A stretch of DNA of 63,936 nucleotides, filler included. It is 10 parts of 10 records of this genome, joined end to end, with 100 filler letters (N's around TTAATTAATTAA, not from the genome) between each part and the next. Parts side by side here need not be neighbours in the genome. Positions count along the whole stretch, not along the records: positions 29,442 to 33,852 come from SRR7504441_3007; positions 33,953 to 38,705 come from SRR7504441_3008; positions 38,806 to 43,454 come from SRR7504441_3013; positions 43,555 to 46,774 come from SRR7504441_3014; 6 more parts are not named here. One strand, 5' to 3'. Both the position numbers and the translations under genes were made by a program. The notes beneath the pieces were generated by a model. It was given only the letters and a program-made list of their open reading frames with translations. It ran no database searches and was not told the DNA's origin. Shown piece by piece: positions 32,601 to 43,841 of the stretch; positions within the stretch are counted from its first letter, which is position 1; each line of letters starts with the position of its first letter.

Positions 32601-33589
32601 GTAGCTCGGCCAGCCTCTGTACCTCCTTCTCACCCGCCACCCGTTCCTCTTGCACCAGCCCGAGTTCCTGATGCCGGAGCGCCTTCTCCCTGTTGAGCTG
32701 CTGCTGCAAGTTTTCTAGTTCCAGCTTGTGTCGATTCTGCTTCTCGCCGGCCGCCCTGGCCATCTCGAGTTGCCTTGTGAGCCGCTCGAGCTCCTTTCGG
32801 TTGGCTGCTCTTTCGGCTGTGATCTCCTGCTGATGGGCTGCCTTGACCTCTACTAACTGCTGAGCCAGGCGCTCGCCCTGCTGCCTGGCAGCCAGCAGCT
32901 CTGACGATTGCACATTGGTGTGGCGAGCTGCCTGTGCTGCCCTGTGCAACCGCTCTGGCTCCTGCCCCAGGACTTGCATCTCCAGGCCAGGCGGGAGGCG
33001 GCCAGGTACCGCGCACTTGCCCGTCAGCTCGGCCAGCGGTGAGTCAAACAACTCTGGGATGCTTGGCTTGCTCATCCCAGACTTAGCCGGCGAGCAGCTG
33101 GACGACACCTCGAGCGACCGGTCCGACAGCGGCGAGCCCAGTCGCCACTCCTCGAGCTCCGCCGTTCGGCTGGCCAGTTCCTGCCGGACAACAGCCAGCT
33201 CTGACTCAAGCCGAGCCTTGTCGTCAGCAGCCCGGGCCTCAGCTGCCTCGAGCTTGCCCAGAAACTCCTCCAGCTGGTGACTGCCCCCAATCGCGGTCAT
33301 CCCGCGGCGCGCAATCGAAACCTGTGCCGCTCTCGCTCCTCCACGAGTTGGTGATGAAGCTGCTGGGTGTCCGGATTGGTCCCACCCTGGGTGGTGCAAG
33401 CTTCAAGCTCAGCTGATAGCTGCTTGATCTGGCGCCCGTGGTCTGAGCAACCTGCAAGCGGGATGCCTGCTTCTGGGCCTTGGCATGGGCCTTCTGCTCC
33501 TTCAGCAGAGTGCGCTGGGCGAGATAAAGATCCGACGAGAGCAGCCGGAGCTTCTCAGACGGAGCGTGCGAAGAGTGGTGAGCCGCCAT
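29603..33589 (-). CDS. Large coiled-coil protein with low-complexity C-terminus, several introns
   Basis: ATG 33589 (MAAHHSSH); ORFs 31486-33399 and 30123-31514 are joined by short introns; the 3' exons are tentative. Confidence 0.65.
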
Positions 33590-33852
33590 CGGTTCCACCC
33601 TCCCGAAGCCGAACAAATATATTTCGTATTTTGTACTTTGTACTATAATATTAATAAATACCTGTAGTACAGTATTCATGTTACATGTATTAAGCCTTAT
33701 CTTATGTCGTAAAACAAGACCCGTAGTACCGGTACTCGTTGTACCCGGGATTTGGAGTATTGCAGAAGATGGGGCCTTTTCTACCCCAAATGGGGTGTGC
33801 TGCCGGCACTCGATTTCAGCTGGAAACACCCTAAAGAGGGGGTACGACGGCA

Positions 33853-33952
33853 NNNNNNNNNNNNNNNNNNNNNNNNNNNNNNNNNNNNNNNNNNNNTTAA
33901 TTAATTAANNNNNNNNNNNNNNNNNNNNNNNNNNNNNNNNNNNNNNNNNNNN
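33853..33952. other. Artificial contig spacer
   Basis: N44-TTAATTAATTAA-N44. Confidence 0.99.
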
Positions 33953-35533
33953 GAGCGCGGGCCGTGCCGCGGGCCGCTGAGTTGTGGCCAGGGCCTCGGT
34001 GAGTCCGGAGCGGAGGGCTGAGCTCGAGGGCAAGTTCCAACAGATCGGGGAGGCCCAGGACATGCTGAGCAGGCCGCGGAACGAGGGGGGCAAGGAGCTG
34101 AAGGAGCTCGTGCCGCGCGCAGCCGCTGCGGCGTTTCTGTGTCTCTACTGGGTCATGCACATGTTGATGGACCTTCTCGAGATACAACAGGCCATGCTAG
34201 CCAACGAATGCAAGCTCAGGGCCCACCTGCGCAGCCCGGGGCCGGACGGCAAGCCGCTCGCGCACCACGTTGTCAACTTGAAGGCACTCGGTGAGTGAAG
34301 GTCTCACGAGACTGTGACGACTGGTGCTGCAGGGCTGGAAGGGAGGGCCGAGGAGCTGGTTCGGTACCTGGAGGACGACACCCTGTATGACGGGCTGCCC
34401 TCGTGCCGCGAGAACAATTGGGAAGACATCTATGAGCTGCGTGGCCGGTTGCGGGCTGCGGGCATCAAGCTGGATAAGTGGGATCGTCACCTGCCCCGCG
34501 ACACGCCGCTCCTCAAGCCGATGCAGCAGCCGCGGCCCGAGCTGCAGCAGCCGGGTTGGGTGGCCTGGCTAGAGCAGCCGGAGCAGGCGGAGAACATCCT
34601 GGCGCTGAGCTTGAAGGGAGATCTCAAGGGGGTCGAGGCTGCCATCCGCGGCGAGGGCAGGCCGGCGATGCCCCCATGGACCACCCTCAATCCCGGCAGA
34701 CGGACCTGCGTCTACCTGGCCGCGGTGGGCCTCAGGTCGGGGCTGGGCTCACGGGGGCCGGCAGATGAATGGGCACGCGGATGTGATTCGTGCGCTGGCG
34801 GCAGCGAGGGCGGACGTGAGGCTGCCTGACGAGGAAGGTTTCTCGCCGCTGCATTTGGCTGGGGCGCGGAGCCACCCGGCGGCTGTGGATTGCCTGCTGC
34901 GCTGCAAGGCGGACCCGCTGCAGAGCACGCTGGATCCGACGCACGTGTGCCCGGTGCACACGGCGGCGATAGGCGGCTCGACAGAAGTCTTGAAGCTGTT
35001 GCTCTCTGCGCGCGCAAAGCCAAGCGAGCAGGACCACAATGGCGAGTCGGCAATTTTCTGTGCAGCCAAGGCCGGCCATCCCGGGTCGATCCAGCTTCTG
35101 GCTAAACACAAGGCGTCGGTGGACTGCCTGACGAGTAAAGGGATGTCGCCGCTGTGGATAGCCTCGGCAAGCGGGCATATAGGCGCAGTGGCGGCGCTGC
35201 ACAAGCTGGGTGCGGCAGTGGACGTGAGGCCCGACTCGATCCCAGACGAGCTCAAGGGCAAGAGCCCAGCCGAGGCGGCCGAGGTGCAGGCTGGTGCAGG
35301 GTGCTGGGCTGAGTGTGCTGCTGCAGATTTGCCAAAAGACGGAAGTGGCCGAGCTGCTCAGCAAAGCCACAGAGCTGCGACAGAGTGTCGAGGTGGCCGA
35401 GCGGGCGGCTAAGGCGGCCAAGGAAGAGAAGAAGCCCAAGGGAGAGCAGGCGACGTTGCTGAAGGAGGTCGTGCGATGCAGTGCTGAGTTGAATGAGGTG
35501 TACAAGCCGCATTTGAAGAGCAAGGAAGACTGA
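33953..35533 (+). CDS. Ankyrin-repeat protein, possibly with N-terminal J-domain (5' truncated), 3 introns
   Basis: Ankyrin repeats GFSPLHLA, PVHTAA, GESAIFCAA, GMSPLWIAS; KFQQIGEAQDMLS resembles J-domain helix III. Confidence 0.8.
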
Positions 35534-35798
35534 GCAGACTACAGGCATATGCGTACATTTATGATAGCCAAATAGACGGCACACTCCCTATTGAACCTAT
35601 GCATGCACTACAGTTGTAGACAAATAACACAACATCAGTCATGATATTAGTGGTTACACTAAGTCTTGTACATCCGCTCACATCCGGTCATGCTCTAGGA
35701 ACTCGAACTAAGCCCGGTATACATGTAACGAACCCGTCAGTTTCATTTCGTCGAGTAATCAATTATCGTTTGTGTAAGTACAATGAGAAATAATGAAT

Positions 35799-36479
35799 TC
35801 ACGTTTCGGGCGAATACTCGTAATCATCTTCAAACTCGTACCATACCAGTGGTTCACGTCCAGACTCCCGAATCTCATCGAGTAGCCTCTCTCCGCCGAC
35901 TTCCCGTCTGCGCGCAGCCTCTTGCGCGCTAAGTGGAACCAAATAGAAGAACGAGACCGTGAGACCGCCCTCCTTGCGCAGCGGCTCTACCAGCGACTCG
36001 ACCAGCATCGAGCTCTTGCCTCCATCGAGCGGGTGGAACGAGGTCAACAAGTGGTGCTGCCACAGCCAGCGGTCCGCCTGCTCGAACACGCAGGCGAGCG
36101 CGTCCAAGTAGTGCAGCAGCTGGTCGATCTTGCGAGAGACGGTCCACTCGCCCGGAGGCAGCAGCAGGAGCACCTCCATTCGCGCATAGTCCGCGGCCGA
36201 GCCGCCCCAGTCGTCCAAGACGGTCTGTGGCACTGGCAGCGGGTGCCCGGCCAGCCCGGTTGTATGCAGGCTGTAGACGTCGCACAGCCCGGGAAGCGGC
36301 CCGAACAGCGAGGCCGTTACTCCGTGCCGCCCCGAGTTGGGCAGCTGCAGCCTCCGCTCGAACTGGCCGCTCTTGCCCTGGATCTCGTCGAACAGGTGCA
36401 AGCGCGCCTGTTCGGCCAGCCCAGGAGCCGGCCCCTCGCGTAGGGCCGCCAACCCCTCGAGCAGCCTTGGGCCTGGCAT
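35799..36479 (-). CDS. Suppressor-of-fused (SUFU)-like domain protein, stand-alone bacterial type, intronless
   Basis: YSLHTTGLAGHPLPVP...RMEVLLLLP..W...VSFFYLVPLSAQEA...GGERLL matches the SUFU-domain pattern (T.G.S, R.EL, V.F..LVP....E....G...L). Confidence 0.68.
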   Translation of the reverse strand: MPGPRLLEGLAALREGPAPGLAEQARLHLFDEIQGKSGQFERRLQLPNSGRHGVTASLFGPLPGLCDVYSLHTTGLAGHPLPVPQTVLDDWGGSAADYARMEVLLLLPPGEWTVSRKIDQLLHYLDALACVFEQADRWLWQHHLLTSFHPLDGGKSSMLVESLVEPLRKEGGLTVSFFYLVPLSAQEAARRREVGGERLLDEIRESGREPLVWYEFEDDYEYSPET

Positions 36480-36502
36480 GAGATTTGCCGTTATAAATAC
36501 CA

Positions 36503-36898
36503 ATGCCGTCTGGCTGCTGGGCGCTGCTAGGGCTGGCTCTGAGCTTGACCGCGGCCCAGGCGCTGCCCAAGCCGCCCTCCGGGCCGCCGCCCAACGCCGT
36601 GCACACCACCTTTTACTTCCCTAGTGGCGACTGCACAGGGGCGGTCGTATTCAACAACACGGTGCCGTTCGGGCTTTGCACAGGGATAGGCCCCGGCCGG
36701 CTGGCGCCGTTTGTCAAGTACTCGGCCTGCACGGACGAGTATGTCCAGCTGGAGGCGTGCACCGACCCCAACTGCCTCTTCTGCATGCCATTCACGTACC
36801 CTGTACGGGCCTGCCACAACGTCTCGCCGGCTGTCGGCTCCGACGTCGATCTGTGCGCGCATGTGAGCAGTGGAGCAGCCAACATGACAGTCAGTTGA
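36503..36898 (+). CDS. Small secreted cysteine-rich protein
   Basis: Signal peptide MPSGCWALLGLALSLTAAQA, Pro-rich linker, 8 Cys in the mature part. Confidence 0.65.
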   Translation: MPSGCWALLGLALSLTAAQALPKPPSGPPPNAVHTTFYFPSGDCTGAVVFNNTVPFGLCTGIGPGRLAPFVKYSACTDEYVQLEACTDPNCLFCMPFTYPVRACHNVSPAVGSDVDLCAHVSSGAANMTVS

Positions 36899-37075
36899 GT
36901 GCCGCTCCAAGTTGGTTGCCCCGAGATGGACGAGTGCAAACAGGCGTTCTAGACGAGTCGGGTGCTACAGTAACATACTCGTAAACAGGAACAGGCTCGG
37001 GCTTATGCTTTTACGGATCCATATACATAGATGGCTCACAAGCACGCATGATAAATGCAAAGCACGCAGGCGTGT

Positions 37076-37951
37076 CTAATAATCTTCACTGCCGATATCA
37101 CCGTAATCATTATGATAATCTTCGGTATCGCTGGTGATACTGTCCCCCCACGCCCAATATTCTAAGCCTAGGACTGCCGAGGCGCGCTGCACATGCGCAT
37201 AGCCGCGCATACCCGCGTGAATCAGCTCCCTCGGCACGCACTTGCCCACCACGTGAAACGCGCTGAACGATAGCCACGCGCCGTTGCTCAGTTCTTCAGC
37301 CACCAGTCTGATGCGCTGTGCCTCCACAGGAGCAGAGAAAGCAGCCCACGAAAACTGACACCGTGCGTCGCGGCTTTCTGGTTCGCAGTCCAAATCCTCA
37401 AAGCACTGCCGCCACTCACCATCGCACTGCACTTGCAGCCGGTACGACGCAGCGTACGAGCCCGTGAACCAGACCAGCCCCACCGCGTGCACCTGATGGA
37501 TCATCGACGGGTCCAGAGTCACTGTGAAAGAATGCGGCGGCGCCACCGTCTCGTCCGCTACGTACCGGATGGATGGTTCGATCGGCAGCCGCTGCAGCGC
37601 GTTTTGAGGGTCAAACAGGTCACCCCAGGTGCTGCAGGTGCTCGATGCCTCTGCAGTGGCCGTGGCCGGGCCTGAAGCGTCCCGGAATGCAAGGTCCCAG
37701 CACCCGCCCGGCCGCTTCAGAAGTTGGCCCACCTGGTACCGCCAGAGCGCCTCGGAACCCCGGATTGCATCTGCCAGCTGACGGCAGGAGCCGGCCAGAC
37801 CAGCCAGGGCGGGGACGTCCAGCCAGGAGCAAACCGCCGGCAGCAACTCATCGGGGAGGCTGTGCAGGGAATGCAGGCAGTCCGGCTCTGCGGGGGTCAT
37901 CCTGCTCGCGACGGGTCCCACATCCTGCTCTGTCGAAGCTCGCGACCCCAT
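37076..37951 (-). CDS. F-box protein with C-terminal galactose-binding-like (discoidin/F5-8 type C-like) domain
   Basis: LHSLPDELLPAVCSWLD...CRQL...LWR; WFTGSYAASYRLQV...VEAQRIRL; N-terminal MGSRAS myristoylation-like motif. Confidence 0.75.
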   Translation of the reverse strand: MGSRASTEQDVGPVASRMTPAEPDCLHSLHSLPDELLPAVCSWLDVPALAGLAGSCRQLADAIRGSEALWRYQVGQLLKRPGGCWDLAFRDASGPATATAEASSTCSTWGDLFDPQNALQRLPIEPSIRYVADETVAPPHSFTVTLDPSMIHQVHAVGLVWFTGSYAASYRLQVQCDGEWRQCFEDLDCEPESRDARCQFSWAAFSAPVEAQRIRLVAEELSNGAWLSFSAFHVVGKCVPRELIHAGMRGYAHVQRASAVLGLEYWAWGDSITSDTEDYHNDYGDIGSEDY

Positions 37952-38066
37952 GGCCTCCCAACGGCTCCGAATGACTGGCTGAGAAGGCTTGCTTCGGAGA
38001 CGCGACGCCTCTTGCTGTCTCTCCCGGGGGGCGAAAAAGCAAGCTCGCCAGGCGGGCGGCGAATCT

Positions 38067-38705
38067 ATGGGGTTGCGATGCTCCCGGTTCGTCTGCCGCC
38101 GTAGCCCCGAGGCCGAGCAGGACGAGTTCGGCGACTCGCTCGAGATGCCGCCCGGCTCCGACTCGGACTCCGAGTTCGCCCCGGCCGGAGCCGCCAAGAC
38201 CGAGCGCTGGATGAGCCGGGCTCAGGCCGCGCGCGCAATCGGGCTTCAAAAGACGGCTAGGCCGCCCGAGGTGGGCCTCCGCCGGCAAGCCAAGAGGTTC
38301 AAACCGGCCGGCGCGCACATCGGATTCGAGCTGGCGCTTTCAAGCACCGCCGCCGTCTGCGGCTGCGGGGCGTGCGGGGCGCCGTTGTGCCGGAGCTCGG
38401 ACGTGGTTCAAGCCAAGCAAGCCCGTGGGCCCGTACCGGTCGTGTCGTGGGACGACGCGCCTCACGCGTTGCTTGTGGCCCAAAGTTCACACCGGAGCCG
38501 GCCGGCTGAGCCTGGGGCAGGCTGCTGCCTGGAGGGGCCGGAGAAGGTGCTCCCGAGCACTAGCCCAGATTGGACCTACCTGGTCCGTTACATGGCCTGC
38601 CCGCAGTGCAAGATATTCCTAGGTCGCAATCTCGCCCACGCCGGGCTCAGCGGCTGACAGGGATCAAGATTGTGTGCACATGCAGCCGGAACACGTTCAG
38701 TCTGG
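38067..38705 (+). CDS. Yippee/Mis18-like zinc-binding protein, truncated at contig end
   Basis: CGACGAPL...YMACPQCKIFLG|IKIV after a 38-nt intron; start uncertain. Confidence 0.55.
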
Positions 38706-38805
38706 NNNNNNNNNNNNNNNNNNNNNNNNNNNNNNNNNNNNNNNNNNNNTTAATTAATTAANNNNNNNNNNNNNNNNNNNNNNNNNNNNNNNNNNNNNNN
38801 NNNNN
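38706..38805. other. Artificial contig spacer
   Basis: N44-TTAATTAATTAA-N44. Confidence 0.99.
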
Positions 38806-41800
38806 CGCCTGCAACTTCCGGGCTTCGAGGTCGGCTCGCGACCTGACCAGTCCAACCAGCAGCTTCTTCCATTCCGCCACCCCCATCGGGAGCTTAGCAG
38901 GATCCGCAGCATGCGCTACGCTGCCTGCGGTCTTCGGCGGCGAGTTGACTGCCGAGAGAATGTCCAACAGCTCGTCTTGACTCAGCGCCGTCAGCCTCTC
39001 TGCCGCCTCGCACTCCGGGATGTTCTTAACTAGCAGGCCTCTCATCTGCTTCTCGGTGTCTTGCTGCATCGCCTTGGCAGCCTGACGGAGCATCTTCTGG
39101 CTCGTTTTATAGCTCTCGAGCTCGGCAGTCTTCACCTCCAGCTGCTGGCGGCACTGTGCGAGCTGTGCCGACACTCCGCTCTTCTGCTGCTGCAGTCGCT
39201 CTACCGCTGCGGCGTGAGATCTCTCGAGCTGATGCATCTCCTGTCGTTGCGACTTGTACACTCCGGACTGCTCTTGCCTACTGGCAGCAACCAGCTCCTC
39301 CGCCTCGGTCAGCTGCTGTGCCATCCTGTCGTGCTTGCCCTGCAGCAGCGCGATCTTTCGCCCAGACTCAGTACGCTGCTGCTTCAGCTTTGCCTCCAGC
39401 GCCGTCAGCTTACTCTCCAGCGCTGCGCCTGCAGCGCCCTCCTGCTCCTTTTTGCCCTTCAATTGGCTGATCAGCTCCGCTTTGCGCCTGCTGTCCTCCC
39501 TCGCACTCCGAAGCTGCTCATTCGCCTCAGACAGCGCCTGCACCGCCGCGCTCAGTACCAGCGATCTGAGCTCGGCACCTGGACCGTGGCGCGGTGACTC
39601 TCCGGGGGTACCCAGCTCTCCTCCAGCTTGTTCTGTCTAGTCTGGAGCACAGCGCTCTCGCTTTTGGCCTCCTCCAGTTCGGAATGGAGCTTTTTAGCTC
39701 GAATGCTCTGCTTCTCGAACGCCTCTTGAAGCCTGGCGATCTCCTCGGACAATCCGGCGCCCTGCACAGACTCAGGCTGAGCGCTGCGTGCCCGGACCTC
39801 TGCAGTGCCCTTCCTACTCTTCCTCTTCCTGTCTGCAGCTTTGTTGACAGGCAGCGGCGAAAGTGCTTTGCCCTGCGCGCCCGGCATGTTGCCGACGGGC
39901 ACGCAGGGCGCAGCGTTCTCCGCGTCAGCCAGCAAACGCTGCTCGAGAGCCGCTGTCGCTTCGTGCTTGGCTTGCACCAGTCCGTTCCGCGCGGCCTCGA
40001 GCTTGGACTTTGCCCCTGTGCCGACGAGCCCAGGCTGCTCACGCATCGCCTGGCTGAGCCACTCCTTGACGGATGCGACTTTGGCCTTCATCCCGCTCCC
40101 GCCTGCCCGGCCAGTGACCAGCAGCTCGCGTTGCAGTGCGTACCGTTCGGCTGCGTTGCCCGCTTGTTAAGCCGCACTGGCAGCACCTCGGTGTTACCAA
40201 TCAGCTGGCACATCTCAGCGAGCTGGGCTTCAGACTCAGCCAGCTCTTTGGTGAGCACATCAACTCGCATCTGCAGCGCGCTTTCGCTCGCCTGTGCCAG
40301 GTCAGCTTGCCAGCATACCACAGAAGCACCGCCATCGCTCGCATCTTGGCCTGGGATTGGTCAACTTGGGTCTGCACTGTCGCCCCGGACACCCTCGCAT
40401 CCGCCAGCTGCTCACGCACGTCCGCCAGCTGCTCTTGCTTCTCGGCCTGTCACACCTTCCTGATTAGGAAACCGCCCAGTTAACACCTGCTTAGTTAGGA
40501 AACGCACCTGTACCGCGTGCAGCTGAGCTTCGCACTGCTTAAGCTGGCCGCGCGCCTGATCGAGTTGCTTTCTGAGCCCGTCGATCTGAGCTTGCCTGGC
40601 CGACTCCTGTGCCCGCGCCTCCCCAAAATTCGGGCTCCCAGATAGAAAGCCGCCGGCCTGCGACTTGAGTGCCGCAGCCAGCTTGGCCTGGGCTTGCACT
40701 AGCTCCTGCTTGTCCTCCGTAGAGTGCAGCGCCTGCTGCTCTGCCAGCTTGGCCTGCGCTGTGGCCAGCTCGGCTGTCAGCCCGTCCACTGTCGATTGGA
40801 GCCCCTGCTGTTGAGCCAGATTAGCCTTAGCCTGCGCCAGCTCGAGCTTGAGCTCGTCTAAAGTCGGTTGGAGCGCCTGCTGCTCCACTAGCTTGGTCTG
40901 TGCCAGCTCTAACTGACCCTTGAGTTCCTCGAGAGCCAGCTGCCCCCGGAGCCCCTCCACCTCAGCCTGAAGCGCCTGATGGTCCACCAGCTTGGCTTCC
41001 GCCTGCACGAGCGCATCCTTTGTGCTCTGCAGCTCGGAGCTGATCCCCTCTGCTTCTGCCAGCCTCGCCTCGGCCTCTGCCAGCGCCTCCCTGGCACTAT
41101 CCAGCTCGCCCTGAAGATGCTCCTGCTCTAGCAGCTTGGCCTCGGATTCTGATAGCTCCAGCTGCGCCTTCTCTAGAGCGTAATGCAGCGCTTGCTGCTC
41201 CACGGCCTTCAGCTGGCCTTGCGACATGTCGCTCTTCAGCTTGCCGATCTCGGACTGCAAACTGGATTGCTCGGACACGATAACGTCCCTCTGCGCCAGC
41301 TGGCCTCTCAGTCTGCCCAGCTCGGCCTGCAGTCGCTCCTGCGCCTCCTGTGCCTGGGCCAACTCATACTGCATCCGCTTGAGCTCTGTCTGGAGCGCTT
41401 GGTGCTTGCCATCCTGCTCATGCCCCTCAGTCAGCTCCTGCCTCAGCCGCGCCATCTCGGACTGCAGCGACTGCTGCTCTGCCACAATCACCTGCCCTCG
41501 CGCCAGCTTCCGATTCGCCTCATCCAGCTCAGACCGGAGCAAAGCCTGCTCATCTGCCTTGCCCTGCGCCTGCAGCAGCTCTTGCTTCAGTCTGTCCACA
41601 CCAGCCAGCTCTATCCGAGCCGCGGCCAGCTCCCGTCTCAGAACCTCTGCGTCCGATTTCAGCGTCTCTGACTCCACTTGTTCCCAAGCTTCGTGTGCCA
41701 TAGACAGGTCTGCACCGTTCGGTTGGCCTTCAGCGCGTTGCTTGAGCTCCACCGCATCCTGCAAGACCTGGATCCGGCCAAGCAGCGTCCGCTTGCACTC

Positions 41801-43454
41801 CCGAAGCTCCTTTGTCCGGGCTGCCGCCTCGTGCTCCGCCGACTTCACACGCGCCATCAAATCGGCCTGCTGCACCCGCCAGCCGTCTGGCAGCCTATCG
41901 CCGTCTGCTTTAAGCGGGCCTGCGAGCCTCTCGTTCTGCTCGGTCGCGGCGCGCAGCTTCTCCTCGAGCAACCGCTTGTCTGCATCTAGCTCTGCCCTGT
42001 CCGCTCTAAGAGAATCGAGCTCGTTGTTGAGCTTGAGTAGGACCTGCTCTGCAAATACAGCGTGGTCTTTATCGGTGGATGGCTTCTTGACTGGGCTTGA
42101 GCTGAGCTGTTCGGAGAGGCATTCGACTGACTGGAGCAGCAGCTGGTTGACGGTCTCTTGTTCGGACAGCTGCTTTGAATGCCGCTCCTTGAGCGACTCG
42201 AGCTCCTGCCGGGCCTCGCGCAGCTCCTGCTGGCAGTTGCCCTCTCGTTGCTTCCCTTCAGACAGCTTTCGGTACAGAGCATCCAAGTCCACGTCCTCTC
42301 TGGTGGCCACCAAGTTGGCCAGCTCAATCCGCAGCTGCTCAATCTCCGCGTCCTTCTCACCCAGCAGCTGCGCTTGCGTGCCCCCGTCCAATGACCTGGG
42401 AGCTGACACCGAGCGCTGGCTGCTACTCTTCCGTGGCACGTGGCCCGATTGGCGCTGTTTGATCAGTTTGAGCTGTTGCTTGAGCTCCGCAATCCGCCTG
42501 TCTCGAGCGGCCAGCTGCTGCCTGTGCTCCATCTCCACTCGCGACGCCACTCGCACCTGACACACGTCACCACCCGAACACAGACCAGCAGCCACACCTT
42601 GCGCAGCGCGTCAGCCTCGGCCACTTTAGCCCTGGCCAGCTGCTTGGACAGCACTGCACACACAGCATTGTCAGCCCGCCGCCACTGCTGGGTCGAGCCA
42701 CCTCGGCTGTTCTTGCCCGAGGCAATCCCAGCCAAAATCTTCTCCAGCTCCTTGACGGCGTATGCCTGCATTTCCTTCTCAGCCTTCAGCTGCTCGACTG
42801 CCTTCTCGGCCGTTGCCCGCTTCCTCGACACCTCCCTCAGCTGACTCAAGAGCTTCTCCTGCCCTTGGTGCTCGCAGGACGCTACAGTCTCCTTCCCAGA
42901 GGTCGCCTCCGACGAATGCTCCTCGGACACCGACCCTGTGTCGCCCGCAGGCTCGATCTGGACCGGCATGTGTGGGAAGAGCTCGTACTCGGCCAGCTGG
43001 GTCTGCAGCCCACTGATCGCCGCCGTATTCGCCTCGCGCTCTTGGATCAAAAACGCGTTCGCCTGCTCTTCAAACCTGCTCATCTTCCGCCGCTCAGCCT
43101 CGAGCTCGCCCCGCAGCGCCTCGAGCTCGGCCGCGAGCGTCTGCCCGCTGTGCCCAGCCTTAAGCAACTGACTCCTCAGCGAGTTGACAGTCTCTTTGCT
43201 CTGCTCCAGCTCAGCTTGGAGAGTCCGACGGTCCGCACCAGCGACCCTCGCGTCAGCCTCGGCCAGCGCATTCGCAAGCCTCTCCCTGCTTTGCTCGAGC
43301 AGCCACTGCAGCCGTTCAGTCTCCTTGGTGGCCCTCGCCAGCTCGCCATGGGCTCTGTCCAGCGCCAGCATCGCCCCGGCCGCGGTGCGTGCAGACTCGG
43401 GCACACTGCAGTGGCTGACCACTCGATGAATCAGCTCTTCACTGTCGCTCTTTA
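38806..43454 (-). CDS. Very long coiled-coil protein (weak centlein-like C-terminus), spans the whole contig, multiple introns
   Basis: Consecutive E/Q/L/A-rich ORFs linked by short introns; C-terminal AAERLTALSQDELLDIL. Confidence 0.7.
40700..41590 (-). repeat. Degenerate 24-aa (72-bp) coding tandem repeat, about 12 units
   Basis: EQQALQPTLDELKLELAQAKANLA / QQQGLQSTVDGLTAELATAQAKLA / EQQALHYALEKAQLELSESEAKLL etc. Confidence 0.8.
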
Positions 43455-43554
43455 NNNNNNNNNNNNNNNNNNNNNNNNNNNNNNNNNNNNNNNNNNNNTT
43501 AATTAATTAANNNNNNNNNNNNNNNNNNNNNNNNNNNNNNNNNNNNNNNNNNNN
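43455..43554. other. Artificial contig spacer
   Basis: N44-TTAATTAATTAA-N44. Confidence 0.99.
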
Positions 43555-43841
43555 GGCACTACTGAGAGCCCAGGATGAAGTTGAATCCGGGGTGGAATCA
43601 ACAGTAGAAACACAAGCTTTGGCGGAAGTAGGCACCACAATTGCGAGAGGGCCAAAGACTTACGTGACACGCCACCTTTAACTCGTATAAGCCTGCATCA
43701 AGAGACCGTGCTCATGAGGTTGATATTTCCTAGATGTAGAGTTGTGATAGGAGTTTTAATGATAAATAATTAAATTATTAAATTACTCTACTAGGCCACT
43801 ACCTGAATCTGCCCATATATCAATTTGTTATCATCAAGCCC

